NCBI RefSeq assembly: GCF_009914755.1
Contig: NC_060927.1
Origin: the human T2T-CHM13v2.0 reference genome, Homo sapiens
Reading direction: 5' to 3' (one strand)
Length of the DNA stretch: 64,000 bases
Position 1 is the first letter of the stretch; the number at the start of each line of letters is the position of its first letter. This document shows, piece by piece, positions 37,902-53,539 of the stretch. Made by a program: the position numbers and the translations under genes. The notes below the pieces were generated by a model that worked only from the letters and a program-made list of their open reading frames with translations, was not told the origin of the DNA and made no database searches.

Positions 37902-38175
37902 GGCCGGGCATGGTGGCTTATGCCTGTAACCCTAGCACTTTGGGAGGCTGAGGCATGCAGATCACTTGATGTCAGGAGTTCGAGACCAGCCTGGCCCACT
38001 TGCCGAAACCTGTCTCTACTAAAAATACAAAAATTAGCTGTGTGTAGTGGCAGGTCTACTTGGGAGGCTGAAGCAGGAGAATCACCTGAACCTGGGAGGC
38101 TGCAGTGAGCTGAGATTGCACCACTGCACTCCACCCAGGGTGACAAAGTGAGAATCCGCCTCAAAGAACAAAAAA
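37902..38175 (+). mobile_element. AluS with internal deletions
   Basis: Forward Alu. Confidence 0.88.
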
Positions 38176-38884
38176 AGGATTTATGACTAAGGTTGAAAAT
38201 CTTCATTATTAAAGAGATTTCTATATTTCCTTTATAGGTAGCCTATTTTTCTATTTACGTGGCCTTTTTATTAGAACTTTTATATATTATGGAAATTAGC
38301 CATTTTTAAAATATGGACTTACATATATTTTTCCAAAAATGTCACTTATGACTTTGTGTGTGATAGTAGTTTCTGCCATACAGGCATATTTCATTTTTTA
38401 TGTCATTCAATTATTTCTTCGAAAATCCTGTTGTTTTTGTGTTGCGTTTTCTGTTTTCTTGCTGAGTTTGAAAGATCTTCAAGATTATAAAGATTCCAAG
38501 ATTAAAAATATTTTCCTCGTTTCTTCTGTTAATCCTGTTACGTATTTTTTCCATTTTATTTTGGCTATTATTTTCCCATATTGTGAAAATTAGCTTGTAT
38601 GGTGTCTTGTTGGCTCCACTCCACCTCATACAAGTTTTGCATATTTCTTGTTTAGTTTATTCTTGGATTATCTTTTTAGTTGCAATTGTAAATGCAGCTA
38701 AACAGACTAAAAGACAGTCTTTTATTGTCTTCCATTTGATAGTTGATATGTATGAATACGTATGTGTTTTAATAACTGTTCACTCTGCTGAATTTTTACT
38801 GTTTGTGATAGTGTTTAGCTGATTTTCTTGTGTTTTCAAATTCTTATTTGCCAATAGTGATTTTTCTCCCTCCTTTTCTAATGA

Positions 38885-39016
<132 letters not shown>

Positions 39017-39527
39017 TAAGAATTTTTAAAAATAAAAAATGATAGTTTTAATATCATGACTAGAGCATAACAGTGGTCATACGAAACCCACAGCAGGTCA
39101 GTGTACAAAATGGTGACATCCCAAATGTCTGTCTCCAGTGGAGACCTAGCACCCTATGACTTATGAGTGAAAATTACTTAGCTACTTCATATTGTATTTT
39201 CATTCCCAGAACGCACATATACTTTATGTCATCTTTCCTACAATTTTAAGTCATCTTTTTAAATGTCCATTTTTCTTTTTGATTGATATTTCCTCCATTG
39301 ATTTATTAATTACACAGATGTTTGAATGCTTACCACAGGTCAATCCCTGTGTTAGGTGCATTAAACGTGGTAATGAACGAGTGAAAGTGTTCCCCTTCAT
39401 ACAGCTTACGGTTTTAGGTAGTCATGGAAATCGGTGATGGTTCACAACAAAATGATTTTGGTGAAAAGAAATACCTGTTATATGATTTAAAGAATCAAAG
39501 CATAAAGACATAATCGAAACTTGGATG

Positions 39528-39898
<371 letters not shown>

Positions 39899-40707
39899 TC
39901 ACACACTAACCTTTTTAAAAAACTATCCGAATTGGCTAGTTTATGTCAAGTAATATTCATTTTTCACTGGTTGGGATTGCTCTCAGAATATTCTATAACA
40001 GAACATGGATATTTTGTCAATGTAGTTTCTCTAAACTTGAGTATTTGTAGTCTGTCTTATAAATAATAGAACATAGATTAAGACTTAGCTGTATTTGTAT
40101 CACTAATCCAGATTTAGCATTAATTTACTTATTTAGCATCACTTTGGACCGCTGATGAATTCATTAGAATTTTAAGGGCATGAGAGGGAAACACATGCAC
40201 GTTAGGGCTTCCAGTTCTAAGATTCCGCGAAATATACTCCAGGGTGCGCAACTAGATGAGTCGTATTTGAAGGTTTTCCTTGAAAGTACTAATGTGTACA
40301 GACAGGCAAGCTTTGAGGAATTCAGACTACTCTGTTAAGGCACTGCAGTCTTGTTTTGGTTTGCTGCCTTTACAAGAATGCTGTTTTTTTTTTCATCTAG
40401 TATAAGTGCCAATTCAGGAATTGCATTTGATGACCATTCGGAATGTCTTGAGTCAGTAATTTGGAAGTGAGGTGGAGACCTTGAAGTTTTAGTTCTTGCT
40501 AACCTCAAAAAGGCTACTTATATTTTATTCGATCCTGGGTTTTCTTATCTGGGAAAAGAAAGAGGAGGTGGAGAAATGACCAGTTGCTTTCTAAGGTCCC
40601 TTCTAGACCTAACTAATTATATGTTGTTTTCATTAAGCAGATGTATGGGATAGTACCAATAAAAATGAAAAACAGATTTTGCTTGTGATATGCCAATATA
40701 GAGGTAA

Positions 40708-40941
<234 letters not shown>

Positions 40942-41722
40942 TAAAGTGTTTGAATTTTTGGCAGTGAAATATCTGGTTTCAGATTTCATAAGGAAAAAAT
41001 GTTTGACTCATTTGGTTGAAGAATTCTTGGAGAAATGGAGTATTTTAAAATAAGACAAAGTTTGGGTTATGGGGTAAGTTTTGTCGTGAGTAGGGAAGAG
41101 CTCAAAGACAGCTTGTGGTGCTTGTAGAGTAGTCTCTAGTCAGACCTAGGTTTGAAGGAAGCTCAGCCCCTTATCTAGTCTTTGCAACTTGGGTTAGTTT
41201 CTAACCCAAAAAAGCGGTTTAAAAGTAATGTAGCCTCTATCTAATAGGAAAGCTAAAAGGATTCAGTGAGTTAATACATGTAAAGCTCTTTTAGAAGAGT
41301 GACTTGTACACAGAAATTGTTCAGTAAACGTTGTAATTCATTTTCACAGAGAATAGTGGGATTATATGGTTTATCACACTTCGGTAAGCTTGGGCATATT
41401 TCAAATTTCAGTAACATTACTGAATGGGGGGTGGATCTTGTATCAGTGTAAAGTCAGGAATTTGTGATTAGAAAGAGTATGCCTTGTGAGTCTGACACCA
41501 CTGTCACCACTACCCCTGGACCTCTTGATGTAGGTTTAATGGAAACAAGAACATTTTAGAGGTTTTGAAGGTGACAGGGGAGAGAATAACAATATATTAG
41601 TGGTTCGCCTTTAAGTTGGAACATCAGACTGAACCTATATAATGTATCCTAGTGACAAAGCATTTCTGGATACTAAAACGGTGGCAAGGTTTAGGATATG
41701 AGTGGTTTTTTATCCCCACTAA

Positions 41723-42019
<297 letters not shown>

Positions 42020-42209
42020 TAGGCTTGGTCAGAAATATGAAGTATCGTCACGAATTTAGAATTAATTTATTAAAACTAAGATCTACAAATCTGTGAATTT
42101 TACTTATTTTAAATGAAAAAATTTATGTTGAGTATTTAAATTTTAGGATAAGATTGTAAGTGTATGTTTTCATGTGTGACGAAACTAAATGTTTGATTTT
42201 GACACGTAG

Positions 42210-42458
<249 letters not shown>

Positions 42459-43350
42459 AACTGATGGCTACTAAAAAGCAGAGCATTTCTGGTAAGACTA
42501 AATTTTCTCCCCTCCCTCTTAATGAGGTTTTAGAGACTACACCAGAATAAAAGACAGTTTAGGGGACCTCTGTAGAACAACAAGGGTCTTATTTTGTGAA
42601 TTATATATTTCAAGAACTAAACAGAGATCCACCTTTCTGGATCTGATTTATATCACTGAAATGTACAGTTCTTTTGGAATAGTTTCACCTGAGAAAACAT
42701 AGTTGGCTATTATCTATCTTAACCTGTTCAGGCTTTTAAAAAAAACTGTTTTTGCATAGGGTAGTACTAAGATCTTAAAAAGTGGTAACTGTCTTGAAGA
42801 AAAAACGTTTATTGTTTGTTTGCAATTGAAATAACAGGGTTACCTTAACAATGACTGTCTATGATGTGTCAGTTCTTATCTGAATTCCAAAATAAACCTG
42901 TGCTTAAAAAAGAAATAATTGACCAAGTAAGTTTGCATAAAATGTGAATACTAAATGTGTCCCCAGTTGCTGGCATTCATATGTACAGGATTTGTTCTAG
43001 CAAGCTATGCTTCAGTATGTGGTTGATATTTTTCTGTCACAATGATTTCTTTATGCATGCAGAGCCTGGGAAAGTCATGGGATTAACTTGAGGGTCACTA
43101 TTGAGCCTATTAATTAATTAATTATTGTTTTAATAAAACAAACATTGGTATTGGAAGATAAATATGTTTATGTGGTATCTGACAATGTGTATTAGGTGTC
43201 ATATACAATGGTAATATGCCTGTCTTTAAAGTGTTATTTTATTAATTAAAAGGATATGGCTATTATTATATATTCTCTAAAGATTTATTCTCTAAAGATT
43301 TGAGTCCTAAATGCTTTCATCAGGTAAATAAAATGTATAATACAAACTGT
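42459..43350 (+). terminator. TRNT1: TRNT1 3' UTR with tandem poly(A) signals
   Basis: AATAAA at 42546, 42891, 43132 and 43327. Which signals are used cannot be read from sequence. Confidence 0.7.
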
Positions 43351-43769
43351 TTATTTCAGCTGCTATAATTTCAGCTGCTATACTGACATTTCATAATTTA
43401 TTTCCTTTCTGTGTAGCCAGTCATAACATCTTTGTACTCTATGAGCAAATAGTAATTTTGGACCTTGATAAAACAATTTTGTAGAGTGTAATATTTCTAA
43501 GAGGAAATGTCACAGGGGCTATGATGCAAGAAAGCCTCAGAAATGACTGCATACAGGTCAGTAATTAGATGCATTATAAAATAATACTTTGAAATACTTA
43601 CTTAAAATATTTAAGTACTGCCAAAATACAGATTTAGACCCAACGTCATATAATACATACTATTTCTGTATAGAAAGTATGCAGATTTAGCTATCAGGTC
43701 TGGTTTTGTCATGTGTAAAACCATTTTCAGTAGTAGTATAGTATATGTGTGTTTTTACAGATCAGAAAA

Positions 43770-45191
43770 TTTTATTTGCTAGTAAACGGTATGGGACATA
43801 CTGAAATTTTAACTTTTCAGAGGGAAAAGGTAACTCATTGCAACTGGTTTAGAGTTCAGCCTACAGAGAGGTACTATGCTACTGACAGGAACTTCCTGGA
43901 GTAAGTAAGTTTTAGTGCAGTGTAAGAACTATAGGAACAAACCAGACCAGTGAAGTCACACAAACCCAAAATTATTAAAGTAGTAAAAGTAGACCTTAGA
44001 AAAAATAAGGCAGGGGCATATCCTGAATGGAAGTATTCTTGAATTTTCATTTACTCTATTTACATAAATATGCAGTGTGACACTCAACTGATTTCACTCC
44101 ACCTTCAAGGCATGTATTTTGGCCTCATACTATTACTACATTTGAGTAAACATTTAACCTGATTAGTTTTAAAGTAGCAAAGGACTACCAATAAAACGAA
44201 AGTTATCATACAAATGTGGAAGGAAGGACCCACTAAACCCTTGAATATAAGCAAAGAGGTAGGTGGCAAAGCAGCCTTTTTAGAACTTTAAAATTATGAG
44301 TAGATATTTTACATTATTTGAACAAAGAACATGTTTAGTTTCACACTTAAGGTTTACTTACTTACAGATTTTCTTCAATTTACATTGAACAAAATAATAC
44401 AGTATCAAGTTTAGCCTGGGTGAGGGGACATGTTTTGGCATCTTTTCCCTATAGTAGTAGTTTTGGTTCAAATTAATTTTTGAAAAATAGCTTTTGTATG
44501 GAACAGTATAAATGGGCTTATAGTTCAGATACTGAGCAAATACACAATACTACTTTTTACTAACAGGCACATAAAGGAAATGACAACTATTCGTGGGCTC
44601 AAAAAACTGCATATTTTAACTAATTTTCAAAATTTACAAATCAGTATCTCAGAGAAGTTAAAGAAAATGGAAAGGAACAAAGCCCTTTTAGAATAATTAA
44701 TATACATTGCCTTGCTTCTTTCCAAAAGGAACATGTACTTGTCACCCTAGCTTTTGTTATTTAGAGCACTGGTACAGATACGCTGTCCCATACATCAGGA
44801 TCAAATTATTAGTTTCAGTTTCACATTGTAGGAATTTAAGATTTTTTTTTTTTTTAACACAGGAAATAATCTCATCATTTCCAAAGATGTCTTCATGTCC
44901 CATCAATGACATGCTACCAGACATATCAGATTCCACAGGATAATGGCACCAAGCTACCCAAGTAGATGTTTCTGGTATTCTAGACTGCCGTTCATGCTTG
45001 TTTCCTAAAGTATACTTAAAAGTTTCAAATACAGTTTCACTTAGAAACTGCAACCCTCCAAGTAATGTTATGTTTACTTAGGTATTAATGTTATGTTTAC
45101 TTAGGTATGTATCAGAGGCAATAATTTCCAAAGCAGATCTTAGAATATAACCAATTTGTTAGATAACTAACTTTATCTCTATCACATCTGT
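43770..45191 (-). other. CRBN: CRBN 3' UTR (distal end uncertain)
   Basis: Follows the CRBN stop codon. Candidate minus-strand signals: AGTATA (45011-45016), AGTAAA (44353-44358), AATAAA (43771-43776). Confidence 0.55.
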
Positions 45192-45380
<189 letters not shown>

Positions 45381-46493
45381 TTAAGGAAAGATATCAGCTA
45401 AGGAAACATTTCTGTACTCCAAGCCTATCATATAAACCTATCATGAAGACAGACTTTAGAGGCAAATTCTAAGGATTAGAGATTCTAAGTTGAGATTTGA
45501 TCCATACAGTTCCCTGAAACCTAAAAACATTTCTAAAAACATTTTTTAATTTTGTAATATGTATGACTTGTATGCTCTTAAGCCATGTTTACATTTTTCT
45601 TCTACTGCATAGAAATAAAGAGTAATCTTATGAATTTCTTTATAGAAATTGCTGGTTGCCAAGACCACATTCTAACTTGTACTGGCACCACATTCTAACT
45701 TGTACTGGCTTTTCCTTTGTTGTATTGCAGTCAAGTTAGAAAACAGCAATTACCTGCAGAAATAATGCACTTCTGTCTGAGTTAAACTGGATGGGCCAGG
45801 AAGGACACGTCTCAAAAAATAAATATTTAAAAACTACTATTCTAAAATAAGAACGATTGTCAGATAATGCAACCAGAAATACAAACCATGGTATTTTGTT
45901 CTTAAGATAAACCATGTAATTGCAACTGTTTCCTTATTTTTTTCCCTAGGTATACCATGCCACATTTATTTATAGTAACAAATGTATTCTAGTTTTAGTC
46001 CTCACATAGGGTGCCAAGTAAGATAGGGCAATCCAAGAGACATAGTCCTAACCCCAGAGTAGCATGTAATCCCTTCTTAGCATCCCTCTTTGAAAACTGA
46101 AGATAGTACAGCTGAGGGAACTGAACAGGTTCCCAGGATCATAGAGAATCATTAAGCTGAAGCAAACAAACAAACAAACAAAAGGCAAACTAGAAGAAAA
46201 GCAGGATTCAATGGGTTCTGCACCTTCTTAGTCTATCATTGCTTTGTAAACATTCTCCGGTTTTACATTACTACAGAATATGGTCCAGATATAAAGTTCT
46301 ACTGTGTCATAAGACAGCTGATTTTCAGAATTACGTGACTGACAGAAAAAAACAATTTTGGATTTAACTGGATACAGTAATCTGAGGACAACTGCAGTTG
46401 TCAACCTTTTCTTCCTTTCATTCAATGATAAAAGATACAAAAAGTGCAACAGATGTTTCTAGCTATTTGTGGAATGAAGGACATATAAATAAA

Positions 46494-46672
46494 TTTTTTT
46501 TTTTTTTTTTTAAATAGACAGATTCTCACTCTGTCACCCAGGCTGGACTGCAGTGGCACAATCTTGGCTCACTGCAACACTCTTGCCTTCCAGGTTCAAG
46601 AGATTCTTGTGCCTCAGCCTCCCGAGCAGCTGGGAGTACAGACCCCTGCCCCCATACCCGGCTAATTTTTGT
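46494..46672 (-). mobile_element. Alu right arm
   Basis: Poly-T head and a reverse right monomer. Confidence 0.85.
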
Positions 46673-46800
46673 AGCAAATTACTCATTTGTCTGTCTACTT
46701 TTTATTATAAAGATTGTGGCAACTCTGCTTAGGACTCTGGATTTTTCTGCCCAATTAAGGTAAAAAAAGAAAAAAAAAAGCAACCACCACCATAATATTA

Positions 46801-46977
<177 letters not shown>

Positions 46978-47769
46978 CTAATTTTATTAAATGCTTAGAA
47001 TTTTATTGAAGTTCACCAAGAAATGAGGTATGAGCTATACAGTTTTTAATCCTTCAGTTTTATATAATACCAGGATCTTAGTATGAAAATGGGGTGGGGG
47101 TACAGCTGGCAGACAGGCCTGTTTTGTCTAAATGTCTAAATGTTTTCTGTGATGACCCAAAGGAAATAGTACTTGTTTTTAAAACCCTCCTCAAGACAGA
47201 CATTGTAAAGAATATAAAACTCAAATGCTTCTAAAGGAGTCTGAGAGTATAAGTGCAATGACAAGGTCCTGTGTGGTCATTTTGGGGCAGTTGATTATTT
47301 TGCAGAAAGCAGTTTCCTTACCTTCTTGATTTACAACTGATGGATTTGTCATAAAATGATTTTCAAACACTGTTATATCAGAGCATCAGTATGTGTTCAG
47401 AAGCATGTCCTACTTTGGCCCTATATGGCAAAACTGATGACTGAAATGTAATTTCTGAAGCATCTATGTTAGGGCCTAATTGAAGACAGTCTAATATATA
47501 GATTGTCAACAAGAATTAGGGGGAAAAGAATTTCTCAGTTGTTTTACTTTACCATGCTCATTACCTGTGAATAATCCCTGACATGCATTGTTGCTCTGAG
47601 TACCCAATCTGGAAGATGGTCTTAGCAAAAGTGAGCTAATTCCCTATATTTCATTTGCTAAATGTTTGTAACTTTAAGGTACTGGAGGAAAGTTTATGGA
47701 AAACAGAAATACAGTCTTCATTATAATTCTGATAAGGCAAGTATATTAAAAACGTAATAAAGACCTTAC

Positions 47770-47834
47770 CTGAATATTTCATTTTTGGTTGTTATTTCTG
47801 TTTCTTGACATTGTTTACAGCAAAGGGAAGTACA
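47770..47834 (-). CDS. CRBN: CRBN exon 9 (Zn-binding CxxC)
   Basis: [22 protein letters not shown]; ttttag| and CAG|gtaagg; 65 nt. Confidence 0.97.
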
Positions 47835-48218
47835 CTAAAAGATTTGAGAGAAAAATTATTGGTAGGAAAAACTGGCATTCACTTTATCATGTAATCACAT
47901 AGATCATCAAGAAACTTACTTATAAAGATATTGCTCTCTCTGAATATCACATTTTCCTTCCAAGCATTCAAAAACACTTTTAAAGATGGAGCACGAAAGT
48001 CACTGAAACTGAGATCTGCCACATATTTACATAAAACTAAATGACCTTCTCTAGAGTAAAGGAATAGTGATATATAACCTTGGATATTTCCATGCAGAAA
48101 TCAAGTTATTTTTCACTAAGTTGATAAATGTATTCATATTTGACAAACACAAAACAATGAGTTTGTTTGTAAGATCCCAATTGAAATCTGAATTGCATGA
48201 CTACATTACTGGACTCTA

Positions 48219-48458
<240 letters not shown>

Positions 48459-49091
48459 TCAGATAAGCATCAGAGAACTTACAAATCGGATAATATCCTT
48501 TTGAAATAAACCCTTCTCTTTAAGGTTACACATTTTATACAAGTATAAACAATACAAAAATATACCAGCTGTCAAAGATACACTTTTCAGAAGCTCTAAA
48601 TTTAATTGCTTTTCTTATACTTTTTTTGGTAAAATCCTTTTATGTTAAACATGAACTCAAATCCATGTTAGAAGTTATTTGCCAAGAGACTAGAAAAATA
48701 ACTAAACTATACCTTATAAACAGATAAAGAGAGTATCTATAATTAAGGCAAGTCCTGGAACTAGACTCACTTCTTTTAAAGGCACCTTGAAGAACAGGGA
48801 AAGGAGTCCTTACACAGGAAGTGTTTTTGGATGACAGCCACTTCCTGCAATTTGAACTTTTTATGGAAAACTTGTCTAAAATTGGAGTGCTCACAGAATA
48901 TGAGGATTTTATTGCAATTAATTTTAAAATACTCATTTTTTTCAACTGCTCAAAGGAAATTATGCTTTTCAGAATTAAAATGTTTTAATCAGTCTTAAAA
49001 CCTAGAAGATATGATTGGATCGCATCCATGAAAAAGCTATTTTTTATAGCAAGACATCCCAGGCTCCAGGCAGGAAACTAACTTTTCATAC

Positions 49092-49176
49092 CTATTGGAT
49101 TTGAAGGAAGAGAATCATCTTTTAGATTTTCATCCCATTCACGTAGCTGTTTCTTGATTCTGTCCATTAAGGTCTC
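49092..49176 (-). CDS. CRBN: CRBN exon 7
   Basis: [28 protein letters not shown]; aacaag| and TAG|gtatga; 85 nt. Confidence 0.97.
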
Positions 49177-50155
49177 CTTGTTTAAAATAAAGGTAGCCAT
49201 AATCAAGTTCATGGGCTTATTAAAATTTACTATTAAGCTTTTCAACTCTTAAAACTAACACTGGTAGCAATTTAATCACTCAGTCCCATCTCAGTCCCAG
49301 TTTAAATGCCTCCATTTTCGTATGCAGCAATGATCAAGCTCCAGCTCCTTTGCCCAGCACTGTCTGCCTTCCAGCCTTTTCTCACTCACTGTCTTAACCC
49401 AGCGGTATATGCTCCCAACTCCCTTGCAGATTGTTCTGTTCTATGCCCCTGCTTGGAACTGGCCTCTCTTCTGCCTTCTATTAGGCCATTTCTGACTCAG
49501 TCCATAGGGATTATGGCACCTATAAATTGCACTAGCACTTGCTATCTACATACCTTACTTGGCACCTATTTACTACATAATTTTCACAAGCATATGCAAA
49601 ACATGCAAAAACTCATATATTGTGTCTTTGTAATTGCTGAAAAGCTGCTAAAGAGCGGAGATCAACTGCAGTTTCCTTTAGTGTCGTGCATGTTGTTGAG
49701 TTTTCCCAGGACTCCAGATTTGTGGGCAGTGATTCATTAAGGGAAATGGCTAGCATTTATTGAATGCCCGCTATGCACACCAGGTACAATAGCTACCATT
49801 ATATCCATTTCATAGGTCCTTGGAGAAGTAATTTGCTCCAGGCCCACAGAGTAAGTGACAGAAATCAGACTCTGAAGTCAGTCTCTGATCTGAAATCCAG
49901 ATTCTTTAAACCATTTCAGCACTGTCCCTTAGTTTTGCAAAATGTGGCAATGCCTAGTGTTAAACTTTAAGGAGCAAAAACCCTCCTGGATGCATTAATT
50001 AATAGACTAATGATCAAGAGACGTAAGTTAATATACTTGTTTAGAGAAAAACCAAAACAGTAAAATATGGATGCTTTAATGTTCTAAATGTAACTATCAC
50101 CCAACCCAACAAAATTTCACATGCTTAATAAAACTCTAAAGAGTCTTGTGATACC

Positions 50156-50443
<288 letters not shown>

Positions 50444-50548
50444 TAACGATATCTTAAGTTATAAGGCACTAGAAACTGGAAAAACTAAACCTTTGTTTTT
50501 TAATGACCCTTAATTATGACATGGCCTACCACATATAAAGTAAATTTA

Positions 50549-50863
<315 letters not shown>

Positions 50864-52106
50864 TTAAAATTTCAATGCTGAAGACAACTTTGGGAAGATA
50901 AATGTTGAGAGTAAACACCATACTTCTATTATGACCATGTTAGTTGCCTTTATACTAATTACTTGTCCAGTATCTGAAGTGAAAACCTCAAGATATAATC
51001 CAAACTGTTTTTGTGTAAAAACTTTAAATGAGAATCAGCTTAATCACTATAAGGGCAAACATTAAGAAGTGATAGAATCCCAAGAAAGATAAAATGTTCG
51101 TTTACTTGAGACTTCATGATGAAGTTCCTCATTTCATAAAACTCAAGGAGAGGGGAAACCGATTATTTATCACTTCTAATTGTAACTGAAATCCAAACAG
51201 GAGCATGCCTAAGTCCATATAAAAATGTGAATTGTAGAAATTTCAGTTGAATTGTGAATTGTAGAAATTGTAGAATTTCAGTATTTGAGGGGGAGAAATG
51301 TGAATTGTAGAAATTGTAGAATTTCAGTATTTGAGGGGGAGACTCAATACTGTTAAGATGTCAGTCCTCAAATTACATATTCAGTGCAATACCAGTGAGA
51401 ATGGAATTTATAAGTATAATTTAAAGTTCGTTTGGAAACATAACTGCAAAAGTAACCACAAAATTTTTGAAAGAGAAGCAAATGGTCTATAGGACACAAA
51501 AATATTACTGAAGGGATGCACTGCAGCAGTGCTAATAGCAACAAATTGCAAACAACCTAAACATCAATCAAAAATAGAGTGAAATACATTAGAATATGTT
51601 TATATCAAGGAATGCTCTGCAAGTGATCAAAGAACAAGGTATAGCAGAATATAAAGAATTATCACATTTTTCTCAAAACAAAACCTACATACGTACAAAT
51701 CTTTGTAATTTCACTGTAAATAAAATGTTAATTGACATGTGACATGACACATGAAAGTGAGAGAGAAAAGGAATAAGGTAGATCAAAAGGCACTTTTAAC
51801 AGACCAGAACAAGAAAAACAAGGTAACATTGAACAAAACAAGAGGAAGACCCTACTCCTGCACCTGCAATATCAAATGACTAGGTATGTTTCATACGCTG
51901 AATGATACTTACCCTAGGTATGTTTCATACCTAGTCATTTGATCTTGCAAGTGCCGGAGTAAGATCTGCAGGAAACGTGGGAACACAGCACACATAAAAG
52001 GGACTCGGGACTGAGCTGACAGCTGGAATTGTACTACGCAACTGTACAATGTGCTACACCACTCACACCCTCGACTTCCCCGCCACTCCAATCCTATTCT
52101 AGCTAT

Positions 52107-52136
52107 GTTAGTTTGGTGCAAAAGTAACTGCGGTTT
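52107..52136. mobile_element. MADE1 (Hsmar1 MITE) half element
   Basis: ttagtttggtgcaaaagtaactgcggtttt matches one MADE1 TIR. Confidence 0.7.
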
Positions 52137-52412
52137 TAACAGAAGACTAGAATCTATGAGACAATGTTATTCTATTCCCTGCTGTTCAAATATGGGAACT
52201 TTTATTATCAAAGGGAATGTCTTGTTACCAGAGATGTTCAGTTTAGAGCTGTCTCTCAAGTGGACACACTGGTTTTCAAATATTTTAGGAGTTGCCATAT
52301 GGAAGAGGACAGACTTGTTCTAAAACACGACCTACAGCTCAAAACAAAGGATTCCTTAATGAGAAACATTTCTGGCTTAATATAATCCTTATATTTGAGA
52401 CTATGCAAAGAT

Positions 52413-52737
52413 CAGCCGTCCCCAACCTTTTCGACACCAGGGACCAGTCTCATGGAAAACAGTTTTTCCAAAGATGGGGTGGAGGATGGTTTTGGAATGA
52501 TTCAAGTGCATTACATTTATCATTAGATTCTCATAAGGAGCACGCAGTCTAGATCCCTCCCATGCGCAGTTCACAATAGGGTTTGCGCTCCTATAAGAAT
52601 CTATGCTGCCACTGATCTGATAAGAGGTGGCGCTCAGCTTCACTTGCTCGTTCACCACTCACCACCGGCTGTGCGTCCCGGTTCCTAACAGGCCACAGAC
52701 CAGTGCTGGTTCGTGGGCCAGGATTTGGGGACCCCTG
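52413..52737. mobile_element. MER1B (hAT-Charlie)
   Basis: cagccgtccccaacc...ggatttggggacccctg termini; degenerate 8-bp TSD gcaaagat/ccaaaggt. Confidence 0.85.
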
Positions 52738-53173
52738 CCAAAGGTGATCTGAGATGGCCTCCTACTGTGTGCTCTGGTAGTGGTTAAAGCCTGAGGAGTC
52801 AGACCATGAGACCCTTCAGGTACTCTCCAATAAGTTGTCCCTCACTTTTAAGACTAAATACCTAATGGTAAGATTATTGTCACAGTCCAGTTACAGAATT
52901 TAAGAAAATACTACCAAGAGCACATCAAGTAGCTCTGAATCTTCAGGAACAGCAATGGCAACCATTAGTATTGTGCCAAGAATTTCACATTTCTTGTAAG
53001 AATACTCTAAGGTTAGTAGTTTATTATCTCCATTCTAAAGTAAGGAAACAGAGGCACACAAGGATGGTATAACTTGCTCAAGGTCACAGAGTCAGTAAAT
53101 AGGAAGGAGCTAGGATCTGTATACAGGGAGTCTGACTCTAACCATCATTCATTCAACAAATATTGTGAGTGCC

Positions 53174-53539
53174 TGATAGGGTTTGGCCGTGTCCCCACCC
53201 AAATCTCATCTTGAATTGTAGTTCCCATAATCCCCATGTGTCGTGGGAGGGATCTGGTGGGAGGTAACTGAATCATGGGGACAGTTACTGCCATGGTTTT
53301 CTCATGATAGTGAGTTCTCACGAGATCTGATGGTTTTATTAAGACGGTTTTTCCCCTTTTGCTTGGCACTTCTTCCTGCCATCATGTGAAGAAGAACATG
53401 TTTGCTTCCCCTTCTGCCATGATGGTAAGTTTCCTAAGGCTTCCCTAGCCATGCTGAACTGTGAGTCAAATAAAACTCTTTTCTTTATAAATTACCCAGT
53501 CTTGGGTACGTCTTAGCAGCGTGAGACCAGACTAATACA
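53174..53539. mobile_element. THE1 solo LTR (MaLR)
   Basis: tgatagggtttgg...gactaataca termini; perfect 5-bp TSD GTGCC. Confidence 0.92.

Noticed and set aside
49306-49740. 144-aa plus-strand ORF antisense to CRBN intron 6
   Set aside because: No recognisable domain or gene signals; overlaps degraded L2-like sequence.
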